Origin: a virus
Lineage: Duplodnaviria > Caudoviricetes
Virus record (IMG/VR): IMGVR_UViG_3300021425_003554
Length of the DNA: 64,000 nt
Reading direction: 5' to 3' (one strand)
The notes beneath the pieces were generated by a model. That model was given only the letters and a program-made list of their open reading frames with translations, ran no database searches and was not told the DNA's origin. The position numbers and the translations under genes were made by a program. Positions within the stretch are counted from its first letter, which is position 1. Each line of letters begins with the position of its first letter. Positions 47,598 through 58,145 of this stretch are shown here, piece by piece.

Positions 47598-48122
47598 ATG
47601 ACAAAAAAATTAGAAGACATACTTAATTTACCAAATGTCAAAGAAGCATTTGCCAATGTTGATAAAAAAGAGCAGGCCAGACAGAACAAAGATAAAACAA
47701 GAGAAGTGGCAAGCAATGTTGATCCAAAAACTGCCGCGGCACTAAAAGCCACATACGCAGAATTTGACAAAATAGAAAAAGCATTGCCACAAGTCAAAGG
47801 ACTTGGAGAATTATCTGACTTGGAACTTGATAAGTTGGCAGTGGAAGCGGAAGAAAGTTATAAAAATTTAATGGATCTGGGAATGAACGTTGATTCTAGA
47901 TATTCGGGACGTATTTTTGAAGTTGCTTCGGGTATGTTAAGAAATGCCATTGATGCTAAAAACAATAAAATTGCCAATAAATTAAAAATGGTTGAATTAC
48001 AATTGAAAAAAATGAAGTTAGATAAAGACGGCGCGGACGACACCGGGGGTGCTGTTGAGTCAGAAGGTCATATTATTTCGGATCGTAACGAATTAATGAA
48101 AAAACTACTAAAAAAGGATTAA
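47598..48122 (+). CDS. probable terminase small subunit
   Basis: Helical; FEVA..ML..AIDAK; position between gp4 and gp17 resembles gp16. Confidence 0.55.
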   Translation: MTKKLEDILNLPNVKEAFANVDKKEQARQNKDKTREVASNVDPKTAAALKATYAEFDKIEKALPQVKGLGELSDLELDKLAVEAEESYKNLMDLGMNVDSRYSGRIFEVASGMLRNAIDAKNNKIANKLKMVELQLKKMKLDKDGADDTGGAVESEGHIISDRNELMKKLLKKD

Positions 48123-48217
48123 TACTGTTACATATACACACAGTTTTAATGCTTAAAACACAATGGAACAATGAAAAACAAGGGTATGAATAAACAAATA
48201 AGGCTAAATATAACACT

Positions 48218-48838
48218 ATGAGTGAATTCTTAACATATTTGACAGAATCAACCAAAGAGTATGATTACAAAATTAAGGTTGCGGGAGAACTAGACGACAA
48301 TTTTGCCGGCAAATTAGAGACTGCTTGTCAAAAATTTGAGGTTAAAAAACTTTCATCAGGCAAAAAAACACCTATCCAAGAAATGCCTCTTGATTTTCCT
48401 TCATTGAAAAACATAGAAGTCACAATTTACGAATTAAAAACAGCATATCCAGTTTCAGCACACGAATTGAGAGAATATCTAGCACATTATCTTAATCTAG
48501 CAAAAAATCAAATAGTGGTTAAGAAACCAGGTGAACCCACAGAAGAATATCAAGAAGAAATGAAGGAACCATCACCATTTGTAGCAAAATTACAAGACAT
48601 TGAATACGGAGATGCTCCAAAAGTAAAAACAGAAGAACATTATGGAGACAAATATAATATGTCTCTGTTAAAAGAATTATTAAAAAATAGAAAAGAAATT
48701 ACTCACGCAGAGGAAGACACAAAAAACAAGGACGAAAAAAAATTACAAGACAGAGAAGAAAAAGGAACTGCTTCTCCCTTGAAGCCAGCACACAAAGGTC
48801 CGGTTAAAGGTAACCCACACCCAGCAAAAGGAAAATAA
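48218..48838 (+). CDS. hypothetical probable head-associated protein
   Basis: Starts F..YLTES, an N-terminus typical of gp21-processed proteins; TAAATA upstream. Confidence 0.6.
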   Translation: MSEFLTYLTESTKEYDYKIKVAGELDDNFAGKLETACQKFEVKKLSSGKKTPIQEMPLDFPSLKNIEVTIYELKTAYPVSAHELREYLAHYLNLAKNQIVVKKPGEPTEEYQEEMKEPSPFVAKLQDIEYGDAPKVKTEEHYGDKYNMSLLKELLKNRKEITHAEEDTKNKDEKKLQDREEKGTASPLKPAHKGPVKGNPHPAKGK

Positions 48839-48840
48839 TT

Positions 48841-49500
48841 ATGGAAATGATCGACGTATTACAAAAATTAAAAGAAATTCAAGAATCGCAACCGGGTTTG
48901 GTTGATGATGCTGTTGCCAACGTTGAAAAAACAAATCCAAAAGTAGACGAAGGTGCATTAAAACAGGCGATGCATGGCGATGCTGAAAATATGTCTAGAG
49001 AAGAATTTGTTAAAAAATACGGACAGGGTTCAGGAGAATTTTGGGATAATATCAATGGAGTTGAAGAGTCTAAAAAAGAAACAGTGAAAGAAGCAATCCA
49101 AATGTCTGCGGACACACCGGAAGAAGCAAATGTATTGATGCAGATTTTAAAACTTGCTGGAGTACAACCAGTGACTCCAAACATGATCGGTGCTCAAGAA
49201 CCAGAGAAAGATCATATGTGTGGACCGGAATGTGCAGAACATGGATGTGGTTGTGAAAACGATAATGAAGAACCAACAGAAGAAAATTTTGCAAATGAAC
49301 CTAATGAAAAAGTACAAGACACAGACACTTTAGTGAATTTTCATTCAGGTGGATTGAACAGACAAAAGAAAACTTTTCCAAAAGTTGCGGGCGGAGATAA
49401 TCCAATGCAAAAAGCCACAGAAGATCTTGTTTCGTCGTTGAGAGAACAGTATAAAAATTTTAAAGAATCATATCAGAACGAAGCAAAAAAAGGTAAATAA
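48841..49500 (+). CDS. acidic probable internal head protein
   Basis: E-rich; contains the LMQILKLAGV motif. Confidence 0.6.
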   Translation: MEMIDVLQKLKEIQESQPGLVDDAVANVEKTNPKVDEGALKQAMHGDAENMSREEFVKKYGQGSGEFWDNINGVEESKKETVKEAIQMSADTPEEANVLMQILKLAGVQPVTPNMIGAQEPEKDHMCGPECAEHGCGCENDNEEPTEENFANEPNEKVQDTDTLVNFHSGGLNRQKKTFPKVAGGDNPMQKATEDLVSSLREQYKNFKESYQNEAKKGK

Positions 49501-49505
49501 CATAT

Positions 49506-49886
49506 ATGGCAACAGTTACTAGACTTTTTGAAAATAGAGTACAAACAACAGCGGGAACTATGTATTCTCCTAACTGTAATGCTTATCTTTTCTCAATCAA
49601 AGAAGGCGACGGAAGTGCTATTGACTTAAGAGCAGAAGATGATGCAGTTAATGAAGTAGTAGAACAAGTTGTTAAAGAATTCAATCCTTTGGCTTACTTC
49701 ATCACAAACGACGCTTCAGGAACTATGCATATAGTACTAGATAAAAATCAAAATACTGCTTCTGAATTACAAATTCAATTGAGAAGAATCGCTGGTTCTG
49801 TTGAAGACGGTTCAACAGTTGGTCCAAATGCTATCGATATTGCTGGCTCTACAGTTGTTGCGGCTTCTTCGATCACAGTAGCATAA
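49506..49886 (+). CDS. probable structural protein
   Basis: High-expression codon style; TAAATA upstream. Confidence 0.55.
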   Translation: MATVTRLFENRVQTTAGTMYSPNCNAYLFSIKEGDGSAIDLRAEDDAVNEVVEQVVKEFNPLAYFITNDASGTMHIVLDKNQNTASELQIQLRRIAGSVEDGSTVGPNAIDIAGSTVVAASSITVA

Positions 49887-49935
49887 TCATAATAAAAACA
49901 TTTATTATTAAGGTAAAAATGCCTTAAATACTGTT

Positions 49936-51528
49936 ATGGCATATGTATCATTAGATTCAGACCAAATAAAAAAAGCAAATAAGAAACACAAATACACCCA
50001 CGATCAAGTGTTGAAACTTGAAAAGTGTATGGATCCAAAAACAGGTCCTCTATATTTCATGAAAGAATTTATAAAAATACAACACCCTACCAAGGGATCA
50101 ATGCCTTTCAACCCTTATCCGTACCAGGAAAGATTGATCAACAGTTACAACGATCATAGATTTTCGATAGCAATGCTACCGCGGCAGACAGGAAAGACCA
50201 CCTGTGCGGCGGGTTACTTGATTTGGTATGCTATGTTTATACCAGATTCACAGATATTGATCGCGGCACACAAATATGCGGGTGCCTCAGACATCATGTC
50301 CAGGGTAAGATACGGTTATGAAATGTTGCCAAGTTGGATCAAAGCAGGAGTCACACAGTACAACAGGAACTCCATAGAATTTGATAACGGTTCCAAAATT
50401 ATGGCCACTACCACAACTGAGAACACAGGACGGGGTATGTCCTTGACAATGGTTTATTGTGATGAGTTTGCTTTCGTGCAACCACCCGAAAAGGCCAAAG
50501 AATTTTGGACATCACTGTCTCCGACTCTATCAACAGGAGGAAAATGTTTAATCACTTCAACGCCAAACTCCGACGAGGATCAGTTCGCTTTAATTTGGAA
50601 GGAAGCACTCAAAAGACATGACGAATTTGGTAACGACAATGTAGTAGGAACCAACGGATTTTATGCAATGAAGGCACACTGGTCTGAGCATCCTGACAGA
50701 GACGAATCATGGGCGGCGGCTGAAAAATCTAGAATAGGTGAGGAAAGATTTAGACGAGAACACGATTGTGAATTCTTGATTTACGACGAAACTTTGATCA
50801 ACAGTATCAAACTTGTAGAACTTGAAGGAAAAGATCCAATCTGGAACCAAGGACAGGTTAGATGGTATGCCAAACCAAAACCAAAACACACATACATGGT
50901 TGCACTGGATCCATCATTAGGTACCGGTGGGGATTTTTCTGCCATACAGGTATTTGAATTGCCAACATTTAAACAGGTTGCTGAATGGCATCATAATACC
51001 ACACCTGCCAATCAACAAATTAGAATACTACAAAGCATAACAAAATACATACACGACACAATAATAGAACAGGACTCTACTGCTACGCCTAGTATTTTTT
51101 ATTCCATGGAAAACAATACTTTGGGAGAAGCGGCGTTACAAAGAGTAATGGACATCGGCGAAGAAAATATCATGGGTCAATTCCTTTCGGAACCTATCAG
51201 AAAAGGACATCGTAGAAAATTCAGAAGAGGATTCAATACAACAGCCAAGCACAAGATAGATGCCTGTGCCAAATTTAAAGAACTAGTTGAAAATAATAAA
51301 ATGGAACTCAACTCTAAACCTTTAATATCAGAATTGAAAAATTTTGTGGCTTCCGGTGTATCATACAAGGGCAAACCCGGGGAACACGACGACTTGGTTT
51401 CGGCTTGTCTACTGACTACTAGGATGATGAAAGTGTTGGCAGACTTTGATCCTAAAATATTTGAGCAATGGACAAATAGAAGTTCGGAATGGACTGTTCC
51501 TATGCCAATTTTTGCAAATCTAAATTAG
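49936..51528 (+). CDS. gp17: terminase large subunit (T4 gp17-like)
   Basis: PRQTGKTT, YCDEFAF, STPN, LDPSLGTGGD.S, HDDLV. Confidence 0.97.
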   Translation: MAYVSLDSDQIKKANKKHKYTHDQVLKLEKCMDPKTGPLYFMKEFIKIQHPTKGSMPFNPYPYQERLINSYNDHRFSIAMLPRQTGKTTCAAGYLIWYAMFIPDSQILIAAHKYAGASDIMSRVRYGYEMLPSWIKAGVTQYNRNSIEFDNGSKIMATTTTENTGRGMSLTMVYCDEFAFVQPPEKAKEFWTSLSPTLSTGGKCLITSTPNSDEDQFALIWKEALKRHDEFGNDNVVGTNGFYAMKAHWSEHPDRDESWAAAEKSRIGEERFRREHDCEFLIYDETLINSIKLVELEGKDPIWNQGQVRWYAKPKPKHTYMVALDPSLGTGGDFSAIQVFELPTFKQVAEWHHNTTPANQQIRILQSITKYIHDTIIEQDSTATPSIFYSMENNTLGEAALQRVMDIGEENIMGQFLSEPIRKGHRRKFRRGFNTTAKHKIDACAKFKELVENNKMELNSKPLISELKNFVASGVSYKGKPGEHDDLVSACLLTTRMMKVLADFDPKIFEQWTNRSSEWTVPMPIFANLN

Positions 51529-51530
51529 CA

Positions 51531-52091
51531 ATGAAAAAAAATTTATATTATAAAGTTGGCAACGAAGGAAATGTAGACTTTAATAATAGATGGAACGATT
51601 TAGAAAAAATACTAGATTTAAAAAACACAGATACTGTATTAGATATTGGATGTGCTGAAGGATTAATATCTATTGAAGTTGCTAAAAAAGTTAAACACGT
51701 AGAAGCATTTGAATTAGAACTTCATAGAGTCAACGTGGCAAAAGAAAATGCTGAAAAAAACAAAGTAAAAAACATATTTTTTTCAGTTGCATCATTTTTG
51801 AATTTTAACTATCAAACATATAATAAAGTACTATGTTTAGGAGTGTATCACAAGATACGACAAGCCAATGCAAGAATTCCCGCATTAGAAAGAATGTTTC
51901 GTTCTTGCACAGATCAATTTTACATCAGAGTACCGGTATTAGACGGAACTGTGCCTATTGATAGGGGTATAGAGGAAAAAGAAATAATAGACACTGCGTT
52001 TAGATCTGGGTTTGATCTAGTTGTTAAGACCAAGCAAAGACCGAATCACGGTTCTATTTTTAAATTTGCAAAACGAATAAATACAGTATGA
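51531..52091 (+). CDS. class I SAM-dependent methyltransferase
   Basis: VLDIGCAEG, FE; start MKKNL at 51531. Confidence 0.8.
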   Translation: MKKNLYYKVGNEGNVDFNNRWNDLEKILDLKNTDTVLDIGCAEGLISIEVAKKVKHVEAFELELHRVNVAKENAEKNKVKNIFFSVASFLNFNYQTYNKVLCLGVYHKIRQANARIPALERMFRSCTDQFYIRVPVLDGTVPIDRGIEEKEIIDTAFRSGFDLVVKTKQRPNHGSIFKFAKRINTV

Positions 52092-54310
52092 TTTCATCAA
52101 AAACATCAAACGACCTATTCAATAAGATTAGAAGTAAATTTTCTAACATACAGCTCGGTAATGCTAACGGAGAAGTTACAGCAGATACCAACGAAGCAGT
52201 GTTTTTTGACTTTGAATTTTCCGAAGATTCTGATAATTTTGGTAGAGTTTCAGTAAGCATCGCAGATGGAGAAAACATGAAAGTGTTTTATAATAGAGAA
52301 CTTATTGACAAAATTGACGAAACACAAAGAGACGAATGGTATGCATTTTTAAAAGAGTTAAAAGACTTTGCTGTACAGCATCAAATAACGTTTGATGTGC
52401 GAGATATTACCAAAAGTAACCTCACAAAGCAAGATTATAAGAATATAGCAGACACGACTCAAACGGTAAATACAGACGGTATGTCAGAAGAACTAAACAG
52501 AATTACAAAATTAGCAGGAATAAGCGAAGGCTTAACAGGCACAAAAAAAAGCTCATTCGAAAATTTGGACAAAACAAGATTAATCATCCGACACTCAAAA
52601 ACAGTAGACGAGAACATACCCGGAGATAGAACAAGAAATATTAATAGTTTATACATTGAAAACGAAGACGGCGAAAGATTTAAGTATCCAATCATACATT
52701 TAGCAGGTGCCAGAGCAATGGCACGTCATGTAGCCAACGGCGGAAAACCACATGACGACTTTGGACAACACATAGTGGGTGTAAGCGAACAAATAGCACA
52801 ATTAAATTCATTTTCTAGATATACGGCAAACAAAGATCAATTGAACGATTCTGCAGGTGATATCATCGAAAAAGCAAAAATGAAATTAGAAACTATGAGA
52901 AAATATATTAAAGGATTAGCAAAACAAAAAAATTATGAATCAGTAAAAGAAACTTTTCAACCTGCAGAAATATCAGAGTTAGACGACGAAACCAAATCAG
53001 CATTAAGAGAAAAATTTACATTGAAACACATGGACGACAGAGTTGAATCTGCACTTCCATTAATTCACAGCATAATGAAAGAGTACGATGACGAGATAGC
53101 AGACCCGGAAATGGACAAACCACTATCAGACAAAGATGCTGAAATTCCTGCACCGGTTGATGCGGCACCGATGGTACAACAATATCTTGCTGATCCAGAA
53201 AATAAATTGGTATTAAGAAAAGATGATACTGCTGACGCTATGTTAAAAAGAACAAAATTTACAAATAAAAACACAATGTTAGGTTCTATCTTAAGTGACA
53301 TTGCATCTAGAATGTTAACTAAAACACCAGAACAAGATAGAGTGGCAAACTTTGCATCACACGTTGCTGATGAAATTTCTCAGGAAGGTGAACCATTTTT
53401 TAAACCATCAAAAGACTATATAAGAAATAAAAAAATTGCATTCCAATTGGCAAAAAGATATGTTGACGATTACAAAAAAATGCAAGGTGATCCAGAATAT
53501 CAAAATCAAGTCAGAATGGAACCAGCCGAATTTGGCAATCCAAAAAAAGATAGACAAGGTAAAGCAAAAGAAAATATTGAAGCACAGTTTGAATCATGGG
53601 CAGATAATATAACAGAACAAAAACCATATGTCAGTATGTACTCGGGAGATGACGGAAAAATGGTTTATGACGTTCTAGACAAGGACGGCGAATCTGCTTT
53701 TAAAAGTGCTGACTACGATTCTGCAAGAAAATATTTAAGTAGCAACTTTAATAAATTAGCAGGCAGAGCCGAAGAAGCAGTAAACGAAAATGACGAACCA
53801 ATGATCATAGACGGCAAAGAAGTTGATTCAGAAAGCATTGAATACGACATGCAAGATTACAGTGATGTTATTGCTCCGATCAATTCTGCTAAATTTATTG
53901 ATGGCACAGATTTAACTGATGATCAAATGGCAGACTTAGAATCATCTAGTGCTTATATCAACTGGGTAAGACAAGACTACGATGAAAGAGCGATGTCCAT
54001 GGCAGATGATGTCAACACTACGGAAGGCAACGAATTTGCTCTAGCAGTTCAAAAAGCCAAAGCGGCGGGCATGAAAGCAGGAGACAAGTTTAAAGTAGGC
54101 GACAAAGAGTACACGTTAAAAGATGCTGTTGAATTGGCAGGATTAAAACTAGAAGAATTTTTTAACGAAGAAGAATTAGCAGAAGCAAAACCAGATTTCC
54201 TAGATCTGGACAAAGATGGTAATAAATCTGAGCCCATGAAGAAAGCGGCCTCTGATGCCAAAAAAGAATCCTCTGAACTAGACTCTATCAAAAAACTCGC
54301 TGGTATTTAA
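52088..54310 (+). CDS. large acidic hypothetical (probable internal head polyprotein)
   Basis: Three LxxIxxLAG[IL]-type motifs and an EF-hand-like DLDKDGN loop. Confidence 0.6.
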   Translation: MISSKTSNDLFNKIRSKFSNIQLGNANGEVTADTNEAVFFDFEFSEDSDNFGRVSVSIADGENMKVFYNRELIDKIDETQRDEWYAFLKELKDFAVQHQITFDVRDITKSNLTKQDYKNIADTTQTVNTDGMSEELNRITKLAGISEGLTGTKKSSFENLDKTRLIIRHSKTVDENIPGDRTRNINSLYIENEDGERFKYPIIHLAGARAMARHVANGGKPHDDFGQHIVGVSEQIAQLNSFSRYTANKDQLNDSAGDIIEKAKMKLETMRKYIKGLAKQKNYESVKETFQPAEISELDDETKSALREKFTLKHMDDRVESALPLIHSIMKEYDDEIADPEMDKPLSDKDAEIPAPVDAAPMVQQYLADPENKLVLRKDDTADAMLKRTKFTNKNTMLGSILSDIASRMLTKTPEQDRVANFASHVADEISQEGEPFFKPSKDYIRNKKIAFQLAKRYVDDYKKMQGDPEYQNQVRMEPAEFGNPKKDRQGKAKENIEAQFESWADNITEQKPYVSMYSGDDGKMVYDVLDKDGESAFKSADYDSARKYLSSNFNKLAGRAEEAVNENDEPMIIDGKEVDSESIEYDMQDYSDVIAPINSAKFIDGTDLTDDQMADLESSSAYINWVRQDYDERAMSMADDVNTTEGNEFALAVQKAKAAGMKAGDKFKVGDKEYTLKDAVELAGLKLEEFFNEEELAEAKPDFLDLDKDGNKSEPMKKAASDAKKESSELDSIKKLAGI

Positions 54311-54393
54311 ACGATATAAATAGATGTAATGTCTGTCGAAACAGAAAAAATACTAGAAGGTGAATTCACTATGTAAACCTTGAGGCTCGTTCT

Positions 54394-55101
54394 GTGTCTA
54401 AACTTAAATTTTCAAATATCGTTGATAACGAACATTTTTGTATACACGTAGAAGATCTATTATCTGAAGAGAAACTGCAACACTTGGAAGAGTTGCATGA
54501 ACAACACAAAAACAAAATAAAAAAAAGTAATCATAATACAAATAAGTACAAAGTATCAGGAACTACTTGGGACTTCAATGCAGAAGCATATTCTTATAAT
54601 GACACAAATAATATTTTAAAAAAAGAAATACAAAACATTTGGTGGAATTTTTTACTTGAACATACTTTAGAAAAAAAATTAGAATTATTAAACACAATCA
54701 GATATGTAGAACAGAACGATCCTCAAGGTTTACATACCGATATTGATATCAATAAAGGTATAAGTTTTTTAATACCTTTAGATTCTGATATTAATAATAC
54801 TTTGTATACATTAATTTTTAAAAAAAATATATCCTACAATATTTTAAAAAATAATCCTTCAGCGATGAAGGATTATTTAAATAGTTTAAAAGACCGTACA
54901 CCTTCATTAGATAAGAAATATAATTTAAGACATATTACAAACAGAAATATAGAAAAAGCAGAGTTATTGTATGGATTTAGATATAAAAGAGGTGATGCTA
55001 TAATATTCAATAGACATTTATTACATACTTCAACTTTTTGGAAAAACAAAGATTACCAAAGAAAGGATTATTTCTTTGGACACGCAAATTTTTGCCAATA
55101 A
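54394..55101 (+). CDS. 2OG-Fe(II) oxygenase-like protein, possibly 5'-frameshifted
   Basis: GLHTD, GDA.IF...LLHTS; very AT-rich; GTG start without a clear RBS. Confidence 0.55.
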   Translation: MSKLKFSNIVDNEHFCIHVEDLLSEEKLQHLEELHEQHKNKIKKSNHNTNKYKVSGTTWDFNAEAYSYNDTNNILKKEIQNIWWNFLLEHTLEKKLELLNTIRYVEQNDPQGLHTDIDINKGISFLIPLDSDINNTLYTLIFKKNISYNILKNNPSAMKDYLNSLKDRTPSLDKKYNLRHITNRNIEKAELLYGFRYKRGDAIIFNRHLLHTSTFWKNKDYQRKDYFFGHANFCQ

Positions 55102-55119
55102 AATTACCAATTTATTTTC

Positions 55120-55148
55120 TTGACTTTTCATAAATAACTGCGTATATT
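55120..55148 (+). promoter_or_regulatory. sigma70 promoter with TAAATA in the spacer
   Basis: TTGACT-N17-TATATT upstream of the gp32 leader. Confidence 0.65.
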
Positions 55149-55220
55149 ATACGTTAAGTCTAATATACATTTAGGCAATATAAAAACAAACATAGGCAAA
55201 CAACAAAGGAGGCTTATATT

Positions 55221-56210
55221 ATGGCAACACTAGCAGAAATAAGAGCGAAACTAAAATCTCAAGAAGTTAATCGTTCTTCAACATCAACTGGCGGAGACAA
55301 CGCCATTTACCCACACTGGAACATACAAGAAGGACAAGAATCGGTAGTAAGATTTTTACCAGATAAAGATCCAAACAACACTTTCTTTTGGAGTGAGAGA
55401 GCAATGATCAAATTGCCTTTCGCGGGTATCAAAGGACAGGCAGATTCTAGACCTGTACAAGTACAGGTTCCGTGTATGGAAATGTACGGTAAAACTTGTC
55501 CGGTACTAACCGAAGTTAGACCATGGTTCAAAGACAAATCCATGGAAGACATGGGTAGAAAATACTGGAAAAAGAAAAGTTATATCTTCCAAGGTTTTGT
55601 AGTACAAAACCCATTGTCCGAAGATTCAACACCAGAAAATCCAATTAGAAGATTTATAATTGGACCACAAATCTTTAATATCATAAAATCAGCATTGATG
55701 GATCCAGAAATGGAAGAATTACCAACTGATTCTGTGAGAGGAGTGGACTTTAGAATAACTAAAACTTCTAAAGGTGGTTACGCTGATTACTCTACTTCTA
55801 AATGGTCAAGAAAAGAAAGAGCACTCGATGAAGCAGAAAGATCTGCAATTGAAAATTTCGGGTTGCATAATCTTAATGACTTTAGACCAAAAGAGCCAAC
55901 CGAAGCAGAAGTAAAAATAATTAAAGAATTATTTGAAAAATCTGTAGAAGGTGAGGCTTATGATCTGGAAAAATACGGACAATATTATAGACCTGCGGGA
56001 GTGGCATATACGGCTACATCAAATGGGTCTAGTCCAGTAACAGAAACTAAAACAGTAACAGAAAATGTTACTAGTACTGTTGAACCGGTTGAAAAACCAA
56101 TAAGTGAAGAATCTACAACACCGAGTGTATCTACAACACCATCAAATGGTGATAGTGCCAAACGAGCTGAAGACATTCTAAAACTTATTAGATCAAGACA
56201 AGCAAAGTAA
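55221..56210 (+). CDS. gp32: single-stranded DNA-binding protein (T4 gp32-like)
   Basis: GGDNAIYPHW, VRFLP, CPV, G.DF.I.K..KGGYADYS.S; AAGGAGG RBS. Confidence 0.93.
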   Translation: MATLAEIRAKLKSQEVNRSSTSTGGDNAIYPHWNIQEGQESVVRFLPDKDPNNTFFWSERAMIKLPFAGIKGQADSRPVQVQVPCMEMYGKTCPVLTEVRPWFKDKSMEDMGRKYWKKKSYIFQGFVVQNPLSEDSTPENPIRRFIIGPQIFNIIKSALMDPEMEELPTDSVRGVDFRITKTSKGGYADYSTSKWSRKERALDEAERSAIENFGLHNLNDFRPKEPTEAEVKIIKELFEKSVEGEAYDLEKYGQYYRPAGVAYTATSNGSSPVTETKTVTENVTSTVEPVEKPISEESTTPSVSTTPSNGDSAKRAEDILKLIRSRQAK

Positions 56211-56222
56211 ACATAAATTACC

Positions 56223-56263
56223 ATTGGCTTCAGTTCAGTTATCGTATTGACACTGGAGCCAAT
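56223..56263 (+). terminator. hairpin after gp32 overlapping a TTGACA -35 box
   Basis: ATTGGCTTCAGT/ACTGGAGCCAAT stem; TTGACA 56247-N17-TAATAT. Confidence 0.5.
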
Positions 56264-56281
56264 CGGTAGTAATATAATACT

Positions 56282-56386
56282 ATGGATATAAAAAGAAAAA
56301 TTAAAAAAGCAGTTGATTGGTTACTATATCAACAAATTCCTGCATGGATTGTTATAGTTGCTATCATTGTTTGGATAATATTATAG
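56282..56386 (+). CDS. 34-aa membrane peptide
   Basis: MDIKRKIKKAVDWLLYQQIPAWIVIVAIIVWIIL*. Confidence 0.5.
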   Translation: MDIKRKIKKAVDWLLYQQIPAWIVIVAIIVWIIL

Positions 56387-56393
56387 GACACAC

Positions 56394-57482
56394 ATGACAA
56401 AACCATTTGATATAACAAAATTTAGAAAAAGTATAACAAAATCAATTCAAGGACTGGGTCTAGGATTTAGTGATCCAACAGATTGGATCTCAACAGGTAA
56501 TTTTGCATTAAATTATCTTATATCCGGAGACTTCAATAAAGGTATACCGTTAGGAAAAGTGTCAGTATTGGCAGGTGAATCTGGAGCAGGTAAATCTTAT
56601 ATTGCATCTGGAAACATTATTAAAAATGCTCAGGAACAAGGTATCTTTGTTATACTGATTGATTCGGAGAATGCATTAGATGAGGCATGGCTTAAAGCAC
56701 TTGGTGTAGATACTTCCGAAGAAAAATTATTAAAATTATCTTTATCTATGATCGATGATGTGGCTAAAACTATATCAGAGTTCATGAAGGGATATAGAGA
56801 AGAACACGCAGACAATAAAGAAAATGCACCTAAGATTTTATTTGTAATTGATTCTTTAGGTATGTTATTAACACCAACAGATGTAAATCAGTTCGAAGCA
56901 GGTGAAATGAAAGGTGATCTTGGTAGAAAACCCAAGGCCCTCACAGCACTTGTTAGAAATACAGTTAATATGTTCGGAAGTTGGAATGTAGGACTGATTG
57001 CAACCAATCACACATATGCATCACAAGATATGTTTGATCCAGATGATAAGATATCAGGCGGACAAGGATTTATCTATGCGTCAAGTATTGTTGTTGCAAT
57101 GAAGAAATTAAAACTCAAAGAAGATGAAGATGGCAATAAGGTGTCTGATGTTAGAGGTATAAGAGCGGCTTGTAAAGTTATGAAAACAAGATATGCCAAG
57201 CCATTTGAATCTGTACAAGTCAAAATTCCATACGACACAGGAATGGATCCGTATTCTGGTTTAGTAGATCTATTTGAGAAAAAAGGTTTATTGAAACAAA
57301 CAGGAAATCGTTTGAAATACGTAGACTCCAACGGTAAGGAAATCATAGAGTTTAGAAAAAACTGGACTGGTGATAAATTAGATATAGTTATGAAAGATTT
57401 TCATAACATAATAGATAAAGAAACCGAAACCGAAAAGGGTCTAAAAAAAGATGGAAAATCAGATGACAGCAAATCAGATTGA
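56394..57482 (+). CDS. uvsX: RecA/UvsX recombinase
   Basis: STGN..LN..ISG, Walker A GESGAGKS, DSE.A, IDSLG, NHTY. Confidence 0.96.
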   Translation: MTKPFDITKFRKSITKSIQGLGLGFSDPTDWISTGNFALNYLISGDFNKGIPLGKVSVLAGESGAGKSYIASGNIIKNAQEQGIFVILIDSENALDEAWLKALGVDTSEEKLLKLSLSMIDDVAKTISEFMKGYREEHADNKENAPKILFVIDSLGMLLTPTDVNQFEAGEMKGDLGRKPKALTALVRNTVNMFGSWNVGLIATNHTYASQDMFDPDDKISGGQGFIYASSIVVAMKKLKLKEDEDGNKVSDVRGIRAACKVMKTRYAKPFESVQVKIPYDTGMDPYSGLVDLFEKKGLLKQTGNRLKYVDSNGKEIIEFRKNWTGDKLDIVMKDFHNIIDKETETEKGLKKDGKSDDSKSD

Positions 57483-57690
57483 AGAAATTTGGATAGCAAT
57501 TAGTAATTACTTGCCTGAAAGAGTTAAATTAGATTGTGCTATCGATTATGTCAAAACATTAGTTGATATGGATATAGATTCTAAAGTCATTAAAGCCGCA
57601 GGTGAATATGATGAAAAATTGCAACAAGCAATAGAAACTGTGCTCGACGAAGAAATCGACGAAGAAGACAACTATTTTGAGGAAGAATGA
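57451..57690 (+). CDS. small acidic hypothetical protein
   Basis: Overlaps the uvsX stop; coupled to uvsY. Confidence 0.6.
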   Translation: MENQMTANQIEEIWIAISNYLPERVKLDCAIDYVKTLVDMDIDSKVIKAAGEYDEKLQQAIETVLDEEIDEEDNYFEEE

Positions 57691-58145
57691 GTTGGTATTC
57701 AAAAATAAGTCAAGATATTAGTAAAATACCCGAATGCATACTGTACTTTAATAATGAATTAACTTTGGCAAAAAAAGAAATAGGTATATGGGGCAATCTT
57801 GAAAAAAATAGTGCCGCAATGCCGGGACAAGTTGAACACCGATTTAATCAATTGCAGGAAATCGAGGCTATTCTAGAATATCTTAATATCGAAAAAAGAA
57901 GATTACGATCAACTGTATTTAAAAAATTCTTAGAAAACTATCAAAGAGCATTATCATCTAGAGACGTAGAAAAGTATGTCGACGGAGAAGCAGATGTGGT
58001 CGACATGGAAAAAATTGTAAATGAATTTGCATTAATCAGAAACAAGTGGCTGGGTTTAGTTAAAGGTCTAGACCAAAAACAATGGCAACTTACTAACATT
58101 GTCAAACTTAGAGTCGCTGGTATGGAAGATGCATCAATCAAATAA
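57687..58145 (+). CDS. uvsY: recombination mediator UvsY
   Basis: YLN......Y..AL..RD.EKYVDGE..V, L.KGL..K.WQL.NIVKLR.AG. Confidence 0.88.
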   Translation: MSWYSKISQDISKIPECILYFNNELTLAKKEIGIWGNLEKNSAAMPGQVEHRFNQLQEIEAILEYLNIEKRRLRSTVFKKFLENYQRALSSRDVEKYVDGEADVVDMEKIVNEFALIRNKWLGLVKGLDQKQWQLTNIVKLRVAGMEDASIK

